From Octopus sinensis (Eukaryota), in assembly GCF_006345805.1 (NCBI RefSeq), contig NC_043013.1, positions 56,234,001 through 56,298,000 of the forward strand: a DNA stretch of 64,000 bases, in the 5' to 3' direction. Below are positions 11,234-25,027 of the stretch, piece after piece. Made by a program: the position numbers and the translations under genes. The stretch's first letter is position 1. The number at the start of each line of letters is the position of its first letter. Under the pieces are notes generated by a model. The model was given only the letters and a program-made list of their open reading frames with translations, had not been told where the DNA came from and did not search any database.

Positions 11234-13104
11234 ACTGGAAGAAGAAGAAGAGCAACGACCCTGTGATTGCTTTTGGATTGTTAATGGTTGTCGGTCTTTC
11301 AGCCTGTTATAAAGAACATCTTTTAAGCAGAGTTCTGTGATTTAGAAGTTGATCTTCCAGTTATATAATTGAAACAAATAAAAGAGTGAAAGAATGTATA
11401 TTTGTGTGTGTGTGTGTGTGTGCCCAAGTGTATCTGCATCAAATGCATAGAAAGAATCTCTTTACATTTTTACTTCACCCACAGGAAGGTCTTGTAAATA
11501 TCAATATTTGTTTTAGTTCTTATGATCCATGATGTGTCGTGCATAAACACATAATGTTTCAATACTGATAAGCCATTTCAAGGACAGATTTGCAAATTGA
11601 GTTATCTACTACAGTACTAGCCATATTTACGACTGCTTTATATTGTAACTGATAAATTTGATGCCACTGATTGGGGAAAAAAACTCAAGTGTATCTTCTT
11701 TGGAAGAGTCTGTCCGAAGGCATCTGTTCTCTTTCTTACATATATCAATAGCATCAAAGAAATGTGATTATATTCTAACTTTCACCCACAGTTAGGCTTT
11801 GTAATATTTACATTTGTGTGTGTGTGTGCAATATAATTCTTCCATATCATTAAATTAACAAGTAAAGTCATGCTTTTTATGAACAAGCACCCAGTACATG
11901 CTATAAAATGGTTGGCACTAGGAAAGGCATCTAGCCATAGAAACTATGCTGAAGCTGAAATTGGAGCTCAGTGTGGCCTTGCAGCTAGCTGGACCTCATC
12001 AAATCCTTCAAACCATACCAGCATGAAAGAAACAAAATATAAACGTGTGTGTGTGTGTATCTTCTTAGCTTGATATGAAATGACAGTCGTAAATAAGCAT
12101 CACTATCATACATGTGGTAGCATTTGTTGCCAGTCACCTCTGTTCATTTAAAACTGTGGATGAAAGCATTCCTTTTATGACCAACCTGACGTTTTGTACA
12201 CCAGAGCATATCTTGTCCAAAGTGTCCCAATTATTTCAATCATTTTGAGAATGACTTGGCTGCTATTTTTAACATGTCCTCTGATAACATAGCGGCTTGC
12301 TCCAGGTTTTTCTCATAGGGTCAGTTTTAAACTGGCCAGCACAAAACGTTACCTTCTCTGTTTAGTGTGTATTTCATCCTGGTTCTGCCTTGATCCGCCT
12401 GACATACAATCAAGAAAATTCTAAAGGTAATGACCTTTCAGCCTCTTTTTCAGACAAAACCATACCCAGTGCATTCTTTTTCTTTTTTATAATGGATGGT
12501 GTGTTTCAAAAGATTTCGACTACTATTTCTAGCTGGTCAACTGACCACATCTCAATTCACTCATCAACTTCTATAAGCTACCTGTAGCTATGATACACAC
12601 ACACACATATATACATCCCATGGCTATAAGTCAGATCAGTGACTCTGTCAGGAGTTTAGTATTACACTGCTTATGGCATATAAAATATTGATCTCTCAGT
12701 TAGTTTGGTTTGGATCAGTTGTTTAGCTAATAAGTCAAATAGTTTTTCAGGTGAATTGTTGATTCAATTTATCTACAATGATTTGAAACAAGATCAATAA
12801 AACACAGATCTATGTGGAGAATATGTGTGTTGATTCAATCAACTATATCCTATTCTTCAGAAAACATGCCAACTTAAAAGAATTCCTACTTGTAGGAGAG
12901 AATTCAACTTTAGATCAAATTAGATAATGAAATTTCTTGTCTATTTCGGTTTGACTTGCTCCTCCATCTTCAAAACCATTCACTGTTCTAGTCTCCTCTG
13001 CTCCATTGTTTGGTAAGTGGAATGCTTTACCACTTTATTCTCATCACAACAATTCACTTGATATCAAAATTTAATACTTAAATATCTCACTGTAGAATAT
13101 CCAG

Positions 13105-13240
13105 CTGTAGAAACATTGCCTGATCAGATTGGAGCCTGGTGCAGCCTTCTGGCTTGCCAGTCCTTAGTCAAACTATCCAACCCATGCCAGCATGGAAAGC
13201 GACGTTAAACGATGATGATGATGATCATCATCATCATCAA
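13105..13240 (+). mobile_element. RTE-type 3' end with (GAT)n tail
   Basis: CCAACCCATGCCAGCATGGAAAGCGACGTTAAACGATGATG. Confidence 0.7.
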
Positions 13241-14596
13241 AATGAATTGAAAAGCACCCCAACCCCCCAAATAAATATGCATTACCATTTTGGAGGAATT
13301 TCTGGTTATAACTGCAATTATACTGAGACATTAAATTACTTTTGTTATTAACTTCATACTAACATAGTCCCACATTCATCATTAGTAGAATTCCATAATT
13401 AGGCTTTGCTTTCCAAATTTATAATTTTCTCATTGCCATTATTGACATCATCATTGTCTACATTGTCTACATTGTCATCAACATCATCGTCAACTCAAAG
13501 CTAGGAAAGTGACATCATTTTCTGCAAGTAGAAGACAGGGAATGGCCAGAACTAAAGTCACAACTGTGAATCAGACCTTGTCCTCTTGAAGGTTACCATA
13601 AATCTACAACATTCACTTCTTTTGGAACATAGAATAAACTAAGACCTACAAAGTCTTAGAGTCTCTCTCTACAAAACTTTAGATATATTTATTTTATGGA
13701 CAAAAACTAAGCAAATATTATTAGAAACCTGTTCAGTCTACAGATTTCTGTGAATGAAAAATATACTTCTTTCTTCTTCAGTTGAACACAGTAAGATTTT
13801 GTGTATTGGTCTGGTGAAATCAGAAGTTTTAGAGGAGCAAAGAAGAAATATTACCAAAATAATAATGTAGAAAATCTTTGTGGCTTGGAGAGAAAAAAAA
13901 AGCCCAAAAAACAAACTGGGACGGCTTTATTGATTTTTATGATAAATGTAGTGAAGTGGCCCTAAATAGATAAATATGCACCCAAATGCTGTAAGTGCAT
14001 GAAAGTAAATAATAAATTTTTTTAAAAAACCACATTCTTGTAAATCATCACCATCACCATCATCATCATCACCGCTGCTGCTGCCAATGCCACTACTGCC
14101 AACACCACCACCATTACTGCTGCCACCACAACTGCCAACGCCACCACCACCACCCACCATCTCTGCTGTTGCCACCATCGCCACCACCACCACCACCACC
14201 ACCATCATTTGAAGTCCACTTTCCATGCTGGAATGGGTTGAATGGTTTGACAAGGAGCTACCCAGGCTCCCCTTGTCTGTTTTGAACCTGGTTGCTCCAG
14301 CTGGAGATTCTTCCTAACACCATTCACTTTACGGAGTGGACTGGATACATTTTATGCAACAATGGCAGGTTTCCATTTTGGTACGGAGCAGATGGAATTT
14401 GTTGAGGCAGATTTTTCTATGGCCAGGTTTCCTTCTTGTCACTAATCTTCATTTGTTTCCAAATCAAATATTTTGCCATAGTCAGACATGATTCCATGCA
14501 AGATTAAAAACAAATGACACCGCATTTATGACAGGTGTCCTTGCTTACGATTGTCTTATGATCTGAAGTTAAGGACGCATACACAAATATAAAATA

Positions 14597-14745
14597 GGCT
14601 TTTCTCAGTTTCCATCTACCAAATCCACTGAGGAAGCTTTGGTCAGATTAGGACTATAATTGAAGTCACTTCCTTAAGGTGCTACATAGTGGGACTTGAA
14701 CCCAGAACTATATGGTTGGGAGGCAAACTTCTTAAGCTCACAGCC
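14597..14745 (-). mobile_element. tRNA-headed SINE, family C (TGGCTGTG..TAAGAAG..TGCTTCCCAACC head)
   Basis: A-box-like and B-box-like head on the minus strand; shared body GGATTTGGTAGATGGAAACTGA with 19960-20332 and 25268-25620. Confidence 0.7.
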
Positions 14746-15870
14746 ATGCACACATCTTTCCCATGTATATAAATCATTCATTTTTACTTGTTTGTAGGTT
14801 GTTTTATTGTTTAGTTTATGCTTCTCGAATTCTAGATAAATGATTCTGTAACCTACAAAGTTTCAGTTAGAAATTATTTATTTTATTTTATAGGTTTTAT
14901 GAAATATATCTTGTCTTTAATGAATCTAAATTACTTCTATTAAATATCTAAATACCTTTACAATTGTTACTGCTCAGTAACTTAATTTATTTATATATTT
15001 TAAACATCAGATAATTTAGTATGATAGTAAGATTGTAGAGACTGTCCACATTTCAATTATATGGGAGACTGTAAATGTCATAATTTTATCTCACAACAAC
15101 ATTTATGGCAAGTGTTTGGCAAATTTCACAGAACATAAAAGAAATGGTCTAAATTGAGCTATAATTTCTAATGGAATATTAAGATAACTTGGAAATATTT
15201 TAAAGCTCAGAATCAAGAGATGCAGTTCACTTATGGCTTAACGTTTAGATTTCTCCTGTCAACAGTAAATAATATAATTTTCACTTGTTCATATGTCTTC
15301 AGTTTTAATCCCTACACTGAAATTAGGCTGGCTGGGGTCACAGTTGAGGTTAGAACTTATTATCAAAGGTTCAAGAGATTAAAGTTTCATCGATGCCTTC
15401 TTATCACTTCATCCATCATTTCACAGGAAATATATTTATAATCAGCTAAGCCAGTTAATTTTATCGATTAATTTACATCAAGCAAATCTACATCATAATT
15501 ATATCCCTCCACAAAAGTCTGTCTACCAAGTTGGAAGTCACAAGCATTTCCCTCTCACCATTTAATTCTTCTTCAAAAAGCGCCACACATTTTACTCTTG
15601 TGTTCATTTCATCATTTACTGTTTGTTTCCTGGTTATTTCTATTTAGAGAATACTGGGCCATTTTATGTAGCATTAGGGCTATATGCTAGACATAGATGT
15701 CAAATAAACCTCAAATCACAGTCTGCATCTTTAAAAAGTGAAGGACACCATTGATAATGTAGTCCTAGATGCACTGCGTCTGAAGTAAGAGAACCATAAT
15801 TGCTATTAGAACGTCTTTGGTGATGTAGTCCAAGGTATTTTATGCCTTAAGCAAAACCAGATGACCACCA

Positions 15871-16067
15871 CATTGATTTCTAATTTTGGCACAAGGCTAG
15901 CAGTTTTGTAGGAAGGAGTAAACCAATTACATCGACCCCAGTATTCAACTGGTACTTATTCCATCGACCTTAAAAGGATGAAAGGTGAAGTGGACACCAG
16001 CAGAATGTGAACTCAGAATGTGAAGACAGACAAAATGCTGTTAACCATTTTGCCCAGGCTGGTGCCT
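15871..16067 (-). mobile_element. SINE family B copy
   Basis: ATCGACCCCAGT..CTGGTACTTATT..GGATGAAAGG..GAACTCAGAA, as in other copies. Confidence 0.65.
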
Positions 16068-16199
16068 TTGAAGAATGATTACATATTGAATGCCATTGAT
16101 CGTAGGTCTGCTTCAGGATTGATCTGGGCTTAATAACAACAACAACAATAACAAGAAGGACAACTTCATAATTTGTTATTAAGAATTTATAGGAAATGG

Positions 16200-16640
16200 A
16201 CAAACAGGTAATTGTTTGGCTTTACACAAGTTAATTGAAGAGAGGTGGTTCATAGCCACAGTCTTTTCCCACCATTGCATATTAAAGAGGTTGGTGCAGT
16301 TTCGGGAAGGAAAGAAGTTGGTGATGCAGTTTAGAGTATTAAAGAGTCTGCTGCATTGTGTAGTATTAGATGCTAGTGCAGTGTGCATCATCAAAGATGT
16401 TGGCTGTGCAATGTGCATTTATGGTGGGTGGTGCTGTGTGATGTTTTATGCCTTATCAACAATGAAATGGTTAAGGACTGGGAGCCAAAATAGTTCATGA
16501 AGTCTGTAGGTCTCATCAAAGTAAATACAATGGATTTTAGTTTAGAATTAAAAGTGGGAATTCCTGACTCTGGGGATTCCATCAAAGTTCTACAGTGCCA
16601 ACCATGGTAATTCAACAGAAGAGTTTGTACAAAGTGGCAT
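16200..16640 (-). mobile_element. possible ancient CR1/Jockey-like LINE C-terminal relic
   Basis: Weak motifs FTLMRPT, IVDKA and FFPSR..LFN on the minus strand; heavily decayed. Confidence 0.3.
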
Positions 16641-16744
16641 ATGATGAGTTTCTACGTGGAATGGAATGTCTGACATTTTGGGGCTCAGATCCATCAACAG
16701 ACAAGAAGGGTCGTTTTCCTCATCTGCCCTATCTAGCATATATA

Positions 16745-16940
16745 GAAATATTGATTTAAAATTTTGGCACAAGGCCAGCAAGGGATTAAGTCAATTACAT
16801 CGACCCCTCAGTGATCAACCAACACTTATTTTATTGAGACCCAAGGGATGAAAGCAAATCGGCCTCAACAGAATTTGAACTCAGAACAAAACGCAGCTAA
16901 CCATTTTGCCTGGCATCCTAACGATTCTGCCAGGTTGCTG
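16745..16940 (-). mobile_element. SINE family B copy
   Basis: TTTTGGCACAAGGCCAGC..ATCGACCCC..GAATTTGAACTCAGAA..AACGATTCTGCCA. Confidence 0.65.
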
Positions 16941-17139
16941 CTTTAGATGATATAAACAATGAACTCTGAGGTGAGTGGAGGCTGAATTTCTTTGTATTGT
17001 GTTTGTTATGACTTCTATGTCAAATCCAATTTTGAAAGAAAACAAGAAAGGGATTAAGATTATCTGGAATTAATTATCCTCCTTTGCATCATTGTCAGTG
17101 GTTGTGGAAATGTTTTGTGCTTTCCCAAGCAAGAATCAT

Positions 17140-17545
17140 TTATCCAACATACAATGCTGGATGTGGAATACAAAGATGGATGGATGTAGGAATATAAATG
17201 AACTGAGAAAAGTAAAAAAAAGAAAGAATATGAAAGAAATTGGTTGCATAAGAAAGACAAGTGAGAAATCTGGTGTAATAAGAGGAATCACTTTTAGAAG
17301 AAGGAGAACTGAAATGGCAATGATGTGAGGCATATGGAAGATATCCAAAGAAAAAGAATCTATGGAAGAAGGATTCCAAGGTGGATGTGGGAAGAGCTGA
17401 CGGGAGCTGATTGTCAAAAGGTTGAACTTCATGAAGGAAATGGCAAAGGACCAATTAGGGCAAGATACTGGAGGAAAACCTTTCAGTTCATGCAAGCATG
17501 GAAAAGTGGGCATAAAATGATGACTATGATGACGATGGTGGTGGT
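17140..17545 (+). mobile_element. old RTE-like LINE 3' fragment
   Basis: CWMWNTKMDGCRN and RRLKW-like remnants followed by GCAAGCATGGAAAAGTGG..(GAT)n tail. Confidence 0.5.
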
Positions 17546-18668
17546 GGGGGTGGCTGTGGTGGTGGTATATGTGCATGTATCTTTTGCCAAAGTATTTTGG
17601 TAAAAGACATAAACATTGGCATTAAAGCGAAAAAAAAGTGTCTTACAGATGAAATCATTGCACTGGATTGTACACCCACATACACGCGTGCATGCGTGCA
17701 CACACACTCACACACACACACACACACTGTGTTCTTACTGTTGCTATCAGAAATGCTGTGAATCACTGATTGGTCCATTGGAGACCTGTAACCGATGATG
17801 CTATTATATCACAATTGTGATAGAAAAGAAATATATAAAAATAAATAAATAGATAACAGAAATAAATAAGTAAACAATTTCACGATTTTTTTTTCATTTT
17901 GTCAAGACATTTCAAAGAAAACCAAGAAAATAACAAAGTAGAGAATCTCACAGAAGTCGACATTTTTTAAGAAACAGTTAAAGTTGTCCATGTTATCAGA
18001 GAAGTGAGACCTTTGTTTATCTGGTTGATAAAACAAAACTAAAGGTTTCTATAGATTGCTGGCAGAACAGACATGTTTAAACATTGCTTGTGTTTGATTG
18101 AAGCAAATAGAATTTTATATTTATTTAGTTTTAACTTTCGCAAAGATAATGGTTTACAAATGGAAAACACAAGCATGGTGAGTTTAAAGTGCTGCTTCTT
18201 GTGACAACTTAAGATTTATATCTTTCTATTATTTAAAATATTATTTTTTGTGTGTTTTCTTTCCTGTTTAATATAAATGGTTCCATTAGTTGGTAAATCA
18301 ATTGCATGGAAAGATTAGGCTGACACAAACAGGAAAAACAAAACACAACTGGTTTTATGACACTTTGATATTACAGATATGACACCAAGTGATGGGTCAG
18401 TGGTGGTGGTGGAGGCCTATATGGGGAGGGGTGGTATTCCACTACGATTTGCTAGAAATAGCAACCAAATCTCTTTCAACTTAACTGCCCCCCCCCACAC
18501 ACACACACACACCACCTTCAAAAAATGTTAAGATACTCCGATACAGTTTTATAATGTATTCCTAGACACACTCTGCTGGAATAAAAGATAAAGATGACTG
18601 GAGTAATAGCCATGGTTGGAGTGATGTTCATGACTGAAAGGCTGGTCATGGCTCTCTCTTTTTCTCAC

Positions 18669-18741
18669 CATTCCTCTTGGGGCACCCATATCAGTTTTTA
18701 GACATGCAAATAAGCACTGCAAAAATCTACTTCCAATGTAT
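18669..18741 (-). CDS. candidate internal exon (YIGSRFLQCLFACLKTDMGAPRGM)
   Basis: Acceptor TTTTTTCTTTTTTAAG, donor ATG|GTGAGA, one open frame; no homology recognised. Confidence 0.2.
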
Positions 18742-19959
18742 CTTAAAAAAGAAAAAAACATTTAATTAGTTAGTCCCTGATTTTTTATGTTTGATTAAAA
18801 GTCAGGATGGTCATAGCTGGAAGGCCTTTAATGATAGTGTTCTTGGTTAGGGCTGACTTGGCACTAAAAAGCTACAATAAGGAACATAGCATTGGCTATA
18901 TGTATATTTAGCCAAAGGTCAGCAATAATCATACAGTTATATGATCAAAAACCATCTAGCTATGACGATCCCTTCTGATATTTCATTAATCTATGACTAC
19001 ATTATTATTAAATGTTCTACATTTTATCTAAAAGCCAATAGCATATATTTTGTGTGAGATTTAGCTGCTACTTTTAACAAGTTGAGCAGTGACACAAGGA
19101 TTCTTTTATTGATATAAGTGAAACTGGTTGAGTTTAAATTTCTAAATTTCAGCTCAAGAATAAATAATTCAGTTTTCAAGACTTTGGTTTTTACTTTTAG
19201 TTAATTTGGGGAGAATCTTCTGAACAATCTTACTTTGGTTATTATTTTAAAATGCTCCAAAATCCTACACAAAATTTTATGGATCAATATTGGATCTTCT
19301 TAAACAAGCAAGAATTTTCACTGCTCATGATCCAAAAAAGTCATTTTTAAAATGTAACAAATACACATAAACTGAAATTCCAAGAATCATAACTGGGATG
19401 TTTTGGTTGACTCAGGATTGACTTCGGATTAAACAACAACAACAACAGCAGCAACAACAACGAAAACAATGAAGATGACCAAACAAACTGATTCAGATTT
19501 TCAGTAGATTAGGTAATTGGGTTCTGTTTTGAATATCTTTCATCCTTTCTCTCATATTAGAAAGGTTAGATGAGTTTGTAAATGTATACATTTTCCTTCA
19601 TTTTAATTAACATATTCAACAAGATTTTCCTTACAATTACATGCTCCTAAATTTGAATCCATTGCATGAAACCTTAGGCAAGTTCTTTCATTCATAGCCT
19701 GATGACAACCAATACCTTTAATGTGAAGTTCAGATGAATGGAAATGATAAAAAAGCCTACATGTGTACATGTAAATATGTGTAATTGCATATGTGTTTGT
19801 GTTTGTGTGTATATATATATATATGGTGTGTATTTGTTTATATGCAAATATTTTCTTATATGTGTATTTGCTAATACGTGTATTTGTGTGCTCAAGTCCA
19901 AGTTTGTGTTATGCTTAATAGAGTAAGCATGTTATGCTTCATCCTTTGTCACGAAACTG

Positions 19960-20123
19960 TGACCATGCTGGGGCACCACGTTGAAGAATTTTAGTCAAAC
20001 AGTACCAAATTTTTAAAGCCTGGTATTTATTCTATTGGTCTCTTTTGCAGAACCACTAAGTTAAGGGGATGTAAACACACAAACACTGGTTGTCAAAGTA
20101 GTGGCAAGGGACAAACACACACA

Positions 20124-20155
<32 letters not shown>

Positions 20156-20332
20156 ACACACATTCCCCCAACACACACATGTGATGGGCTTCTTTCAGTT
20201 TCCATCTACTAAATCCACTCACAAAGCTGTGGTCTGCCCAAGGCTATAGAAGTTACTTGCTGAAGGTGCCGTGCAGTGGGATTGAACACAGAACCATGTG
20301 GTTGGGAAGCAAGCTTCTTACCACACAGCCAT
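19960..20332 (-). mobile_element. SINE family C, near full length
   Basis: Minus-strand head GGCTGTGTGGTAAGAAGCTTGCTTCCCAACCACATGGTTCTGTGTTCAATCCC; internal CA/CT microsatellite; conserved tail region. Confidence 0.75.
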
Positions 20333-20399
20333 GTCAGTGCCTTATCTGTTGATATTTCATATCTAAAACATAATATTTCTTTGTGATGTCATCAAATAT

Positions 20400-20900
20400 T
20401 TAAAATTAGTGTTGTATCAAACTGTATGAGAAATTTAATTACAATATCCTCTCGGCACTTCAGTCTAATTTTCAGTTGGGGATGCAAGGTATCATCTATA
20501 AATTTTATAAGTCCATGATGACAATCGAGGCCTCTGAGAGGAATTTGGTAAAGCAAAGCAAGGTTTTGTTTTGGTCCCAGGAAAAGATTTCTCTCAAGAT
20601 TCAAGAAGTCAGTGAGATTTTTCTTTTTTTTTTTTTTTTGAACAGCTGGACCCAATGAATCATAATAGGCCCCCTCCTTGGCACTTCAAGTACAAGATGT
20701 ACCAACTAAACCTACTCTTATATGCATTACCATCAACACTATTTAGCCCTCTTTCTCAGATTCTTCCCTCTTCATAATGATAGAATTTACCAAACTCTTC
20801 TCTGAATCTCTAATAATTTCTATGTGTTTATTCCATTGAAAACATTGGAGTGGCTATCTTAAATTCTTTGTTGTTCTTCCAATAAATATTATGTTTAGCC
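20400..20900 (-). mobile_element. ancient CR1/L2-like reverse transcriptase relic
   Basis: Collinear decayed RT motifs on the minus strand: SNVFNGINT*KLL (about SKAFD..H.KLL), VDG..SW, LGP, IKFIDDT (about KFADDT). Confidence 0.45.
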
Positions 20901-21621
20901 TTAAATTATGCCCTGCATTTGATCAACTAGAAATAAACCTGGTTTCACAGCCTATAATTGAAGGGAACTGGGTATCTGGCAAGACACTTCCTGAACAAAG
21001 CAAAGCTCCTATCAATCCATTCTTAGTGTTCCACCTTCCCAAATTTTGCTTGGAGGTCTTGGAGTTTAATTTAACTGCATGTCGACTGCTGTTCTCTTGG
21101 ATAAGACACAGGACATTTAACAGCTCAGCTCACCTCAATGTAAGGCTGAAAGTCACTCAGCCATGCAGAAATGGTAGGTGTTATTGCTAGCTTGTTGTGT
21201 GAAGAATTAAATTCTGAAATGGTTCTGGAGAGAATGGAATGAAAGCTCACTGGGATGAATGTTCCCTGCAACCACTATATAACGATAAAACATTCAATGA
21301 TACAAGAGAACATCAACATCGACATCAATAGCTATAACAACAACAACAACGATATTAGAAACGACTGGAAAGGTTTATGAGACATTTGGCTATTACTACC
21401 ATTACTGTTTTCAGACATCCATTGACATAGGTTAAAGTTTAGTTTTTATGCGCCAAATATGTTAATGAGATGAAGAAAAAATAATACCTAATAACACACG
21501 CGCACACATACACATATATGTATGTATGTATATTCTTTCTTTCTCTCTGTCTTTCTCTGTTTCTCTGTGTGTGTGTTTGTGTGTGTCTCTCTCTCTCTCT
21601 ATATATATATGTGTGTGTGAG

Positions 21622-21623
<2 letters not shown>

Positions 21624-21695
<72 letters not shown>

Positions 21696-21742
21696 TATAT
21701 ACTATATATATATAATATATATATATATATAATATATATATA
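21624..21742. repeat. (TA)n microsatellite
   Basis: Directly visible. Confidence 0.9.
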
Positions 21743-22063
21743 TCACCAAAGTTTTTTTGCAGTCAATACCATGAAAATACATTTCAGTCATATTTCTAAC
21801 AAATGTGGTCTGACAACAAATGACCTTAAGAAAATATAGATAATACTAATACTAATACTAATGAGGTTGATGCTGATGATGACGATGATGATGATGATGA
21901 TAAAATAGTCATAATATTAATAATAATAATATTGAACTTATGAGTTTCCCAAAAAGTTTACTGAAAATAGTAAATGTTTCTATTCTCGTTTTACACAATG
22001 TAAAACATATATAGAAAAAAATTTTAAAATGACTATTCTAAAAAATAAAACAACAACAACAAC

Positions 22064-22108
<45 letters not shown>

Positions 22109-22741
22109 TAGCATCTTATGATAAATTTACAGGAAGAACAAATTATTACAGATCCATATTTTTATTGTTTTTTAAAATAAAAACAAAAAGATTCATAAAA
22201 ATAGTAAAAAAAAAAAAATAATGTTATTGGCTGAGGATTGCTAAATTAAACATCATAAATCTCCAGCGATTGCAATGTAGTTTAGCTCCAAAATAACTTT
22301 TATGGCATCTTAAGTAAATGTTGTGTGAAAGGAACTTTCCAGAACAAATGGAAAACAATTCAATTATTTTCTATTGATAAAAGTTTAGGATTGCAGAGAA
22401 ACGAGGAGTTGGGGGTTTATTTCTTATTGAAGTGGACCTTAAGCTATTGGCATTCATCTTAATTCTTAAATCATCCGAAATTTGAATGTGAAATCAATAA
22501 GTTGTAATAAAAATCAATAAATCATTAAAAGAAACAAAAAAATACCTCCAAAAAACTTTAAAAGTTTAAACAATAAAATATCAATTTTGGTCTTTTGAAA
22601 TATTCTTTTTTGGAAAAAAATATTCTATAGAAATTGATGCCATTGGTGAGTCACAGAGGCAGAGTGGTTCCACATGGGTCACTTGTTTTGAAACAGAGCT
22701 GCATATTCAAATTGGTCATCATCATCATCATCACCACCACC

Positions 22742-22775
<34 letters not shown>

Positions 22776-23559
22776 TCTGTAAGCAACAGCATTTTCATTG
22801 TCATCATAATGATCATAGATGTCATCATCATGATTAGCATCATCATCATCATCATTGCCATCATCATCAGAAGCAGCATGTTATTATTGATAATGAAAGG
22901 TACCAGACAAGTATTAGAATCAATTTAATATTTCTATAAAATGTCCTAGAAGTGATTAAAATAGTAATACGTTTATATGTATATGTATACGTGTGTGTGT
23001 GCATGGAATAAAGCCTTATCTAAAATATGCTCTCACTCAGTTGAGTGTCCTTTTTCCTTTCTTGCAAGTTACTTGGTGACCCCACAGGTGCTGGTGCCTT
23101 GAAGAGAGCACCCAGTATACGCTGAAAAGTGGTTGGCATCCAGTCATCGGAACCAAAGCTGATATTGGAATTCGCAGCATGGAAGATGGACATTATATGA
23201 TGCTGATGACGATGATGATGATGATGATGATGATAGTATATATCAGCATCATGTCATTATTGTTGTTATTGTTGCTTTACACCTGCCGGCATGAATTAGA
23301 CAGGTTAAAGAACCGCATCTCACTTGTGGAATTCATTTTTTGGTTTCATTTCTGCAACTGGATGCCCTTCCTAACACTTACCACTTTCCAGGATGTATCA
23401 AGGGTACATTTTATTGTGGCAGTAGCACCAAAGGTTGTCTTATGACTTTGACAAAACTAAAAGATCTTCACATCAATACACTGGCGGGAGTAAGATGAAT
23501 AGCAAAAGGTGAATAAATGGCCAGAGTGAATCGCCCTCCTCCTCCTCCTCCTCCTCATC

Positions 23560-23830
23560 ATCATCATCGTTTAACATCTGTTGTCTATGCTGGCATGGGT
23601 TGGACGGTTTGACTACACTGGTACGCTGGATGGCTGCACCAGACTCCAATCGGATTTGTCATGGTTTCTACAGCTGGATGGCCCTCCTAATGCCAGCCCT
23701 TCCGAGAATGCAATGGGTGCTTTTATGTGCCACTGGCATGGGTGCCATTTGCATGACACCAGTATCTGCCACAACTGTGATTTTACATGGCTTGATGGGT
23801 CTCCTTCTCAAGCATATTGATACCAAATGG
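23560..23830 (-). mobile_element. RTE-type 3' end with (GAT)n tail
   Basis: (CAT)n-CGTTTAAC..ATGCTGGCATGGGTTGGACGG..CAGCTGGATG. Confidence 0.65.
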
Positions 23831-24836
23831 CCAGTGATTAGAGTACAGGTAGAATGTTTGGGGTACATGTGGGTGAGTATGTTTCCTCCATTTGCTGAAA
23901 GAGCTAAGGTAATGGGTGTGAGTGGATTAGAGTGTTGAAGAGAGGATCAGCTTGGTCCTGTGGCATCCGTATTGTGGACCGAAGAAGATCCACTGGTATC
24001 CTTTGTCACAAAAGACAATATAATTCAATGAGGGCGGAAAGAAAAGTGAGTTGATTGAGAGATGAACAACATACGTGATAGAGGGATGAGGGAAAAAATG
24101 ATATTTCATAAAATTAACTTGGCAATGCTTAAACTAATGCTTTTTTCATTTACTTTCTTTTTGTTTTTATGGAATACATACTTACTGGGAAGTTTGACAA
24201 GTTCTAAGTATTTCCTCAAATAGTTAATCCATTTTCATAAGCAGCTTATATCTGGGCATAGTTATAAATTTTCAGAATGAAAAACCTAAGCTATCAAAGT
24301 TTTCCTGATTTGCACATAGTAAATTTTATATAAATTTGCTTGTCTATTATAAATCTTTCTTAATGTATATGAGTCTTTGTGAATTTCTTAACATTGTCAC
24401 ACACCTGTGACACTTAATGAAGACAAATAATTTGAAAAAATCACTTTGAACATAACTGAAGTAGTAGTCTGATGTCACATGACCAGAAGTAATTTGAACT
24501 TAAATGGTGAAATGATGAATTAGATTCACCAAAAATTATATTGACTGAAGAAGTAATACAATTTCTTAGAAAGTCCTTTGAAAAGTAGAAACTCAATCGT
24601 TCTAGTGATTTTCTAAGAGGTGTTAGAAGATCTAGACATATGCTTCTAGATGTGGTCCCTTGGGAGTAACATGGACCATTGGGATCCATATAAGATTTTG
24701 TTGTGAGAAATTTGCCTGCAATAGATAGGTTATCTATGCAAAATATTTTTGCAATTTTTTAATACAATTTCTAACATTTGGTTTATAAAACGCTATAAAA
24801 TTGGAATGGTTTTGGTAAAATAGGAATATAAAGTAA

Positions 24837-24989
24837 AGTTCTATATTTAAGAGATGAGGAATTATTTATATTATTTTCATTTGACGGATATTTGTCCTCA
24901 TTTTGTTTGTTGCTAACACAACGTTTCGGCTGATAAACTCTCTAGCCTTCATCAGGTGTCTTGGGGAAATTTCGAACTGGGATTTTCAA

Positions 24990-25027
<38 letters not shown>

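Noticed and set aside
10998-11340. Poly-K/E/R ORFs
   Set aside because: (AAG)n microsatellite.
13550-13597. MARTKVTT, resembling the histone H3 N-terminus
   Set aside because: Stop after 15 codons; similarity ends after five residues.
20476-20607. Plus-strand 132-nt exon candidate with acceptable splice sites
   Set aside because: Lies antisense to recognisable CR1-like RT motifs (KFIDDT); better explained as a LINE relic.
22633-22647. EIDAIG, resembling the end of an AAA-ATPase Walker B, with a GTGAGT donor
   Set aside because: Only 15 nt, weak acceptor, and no other ATPase exon in the window.
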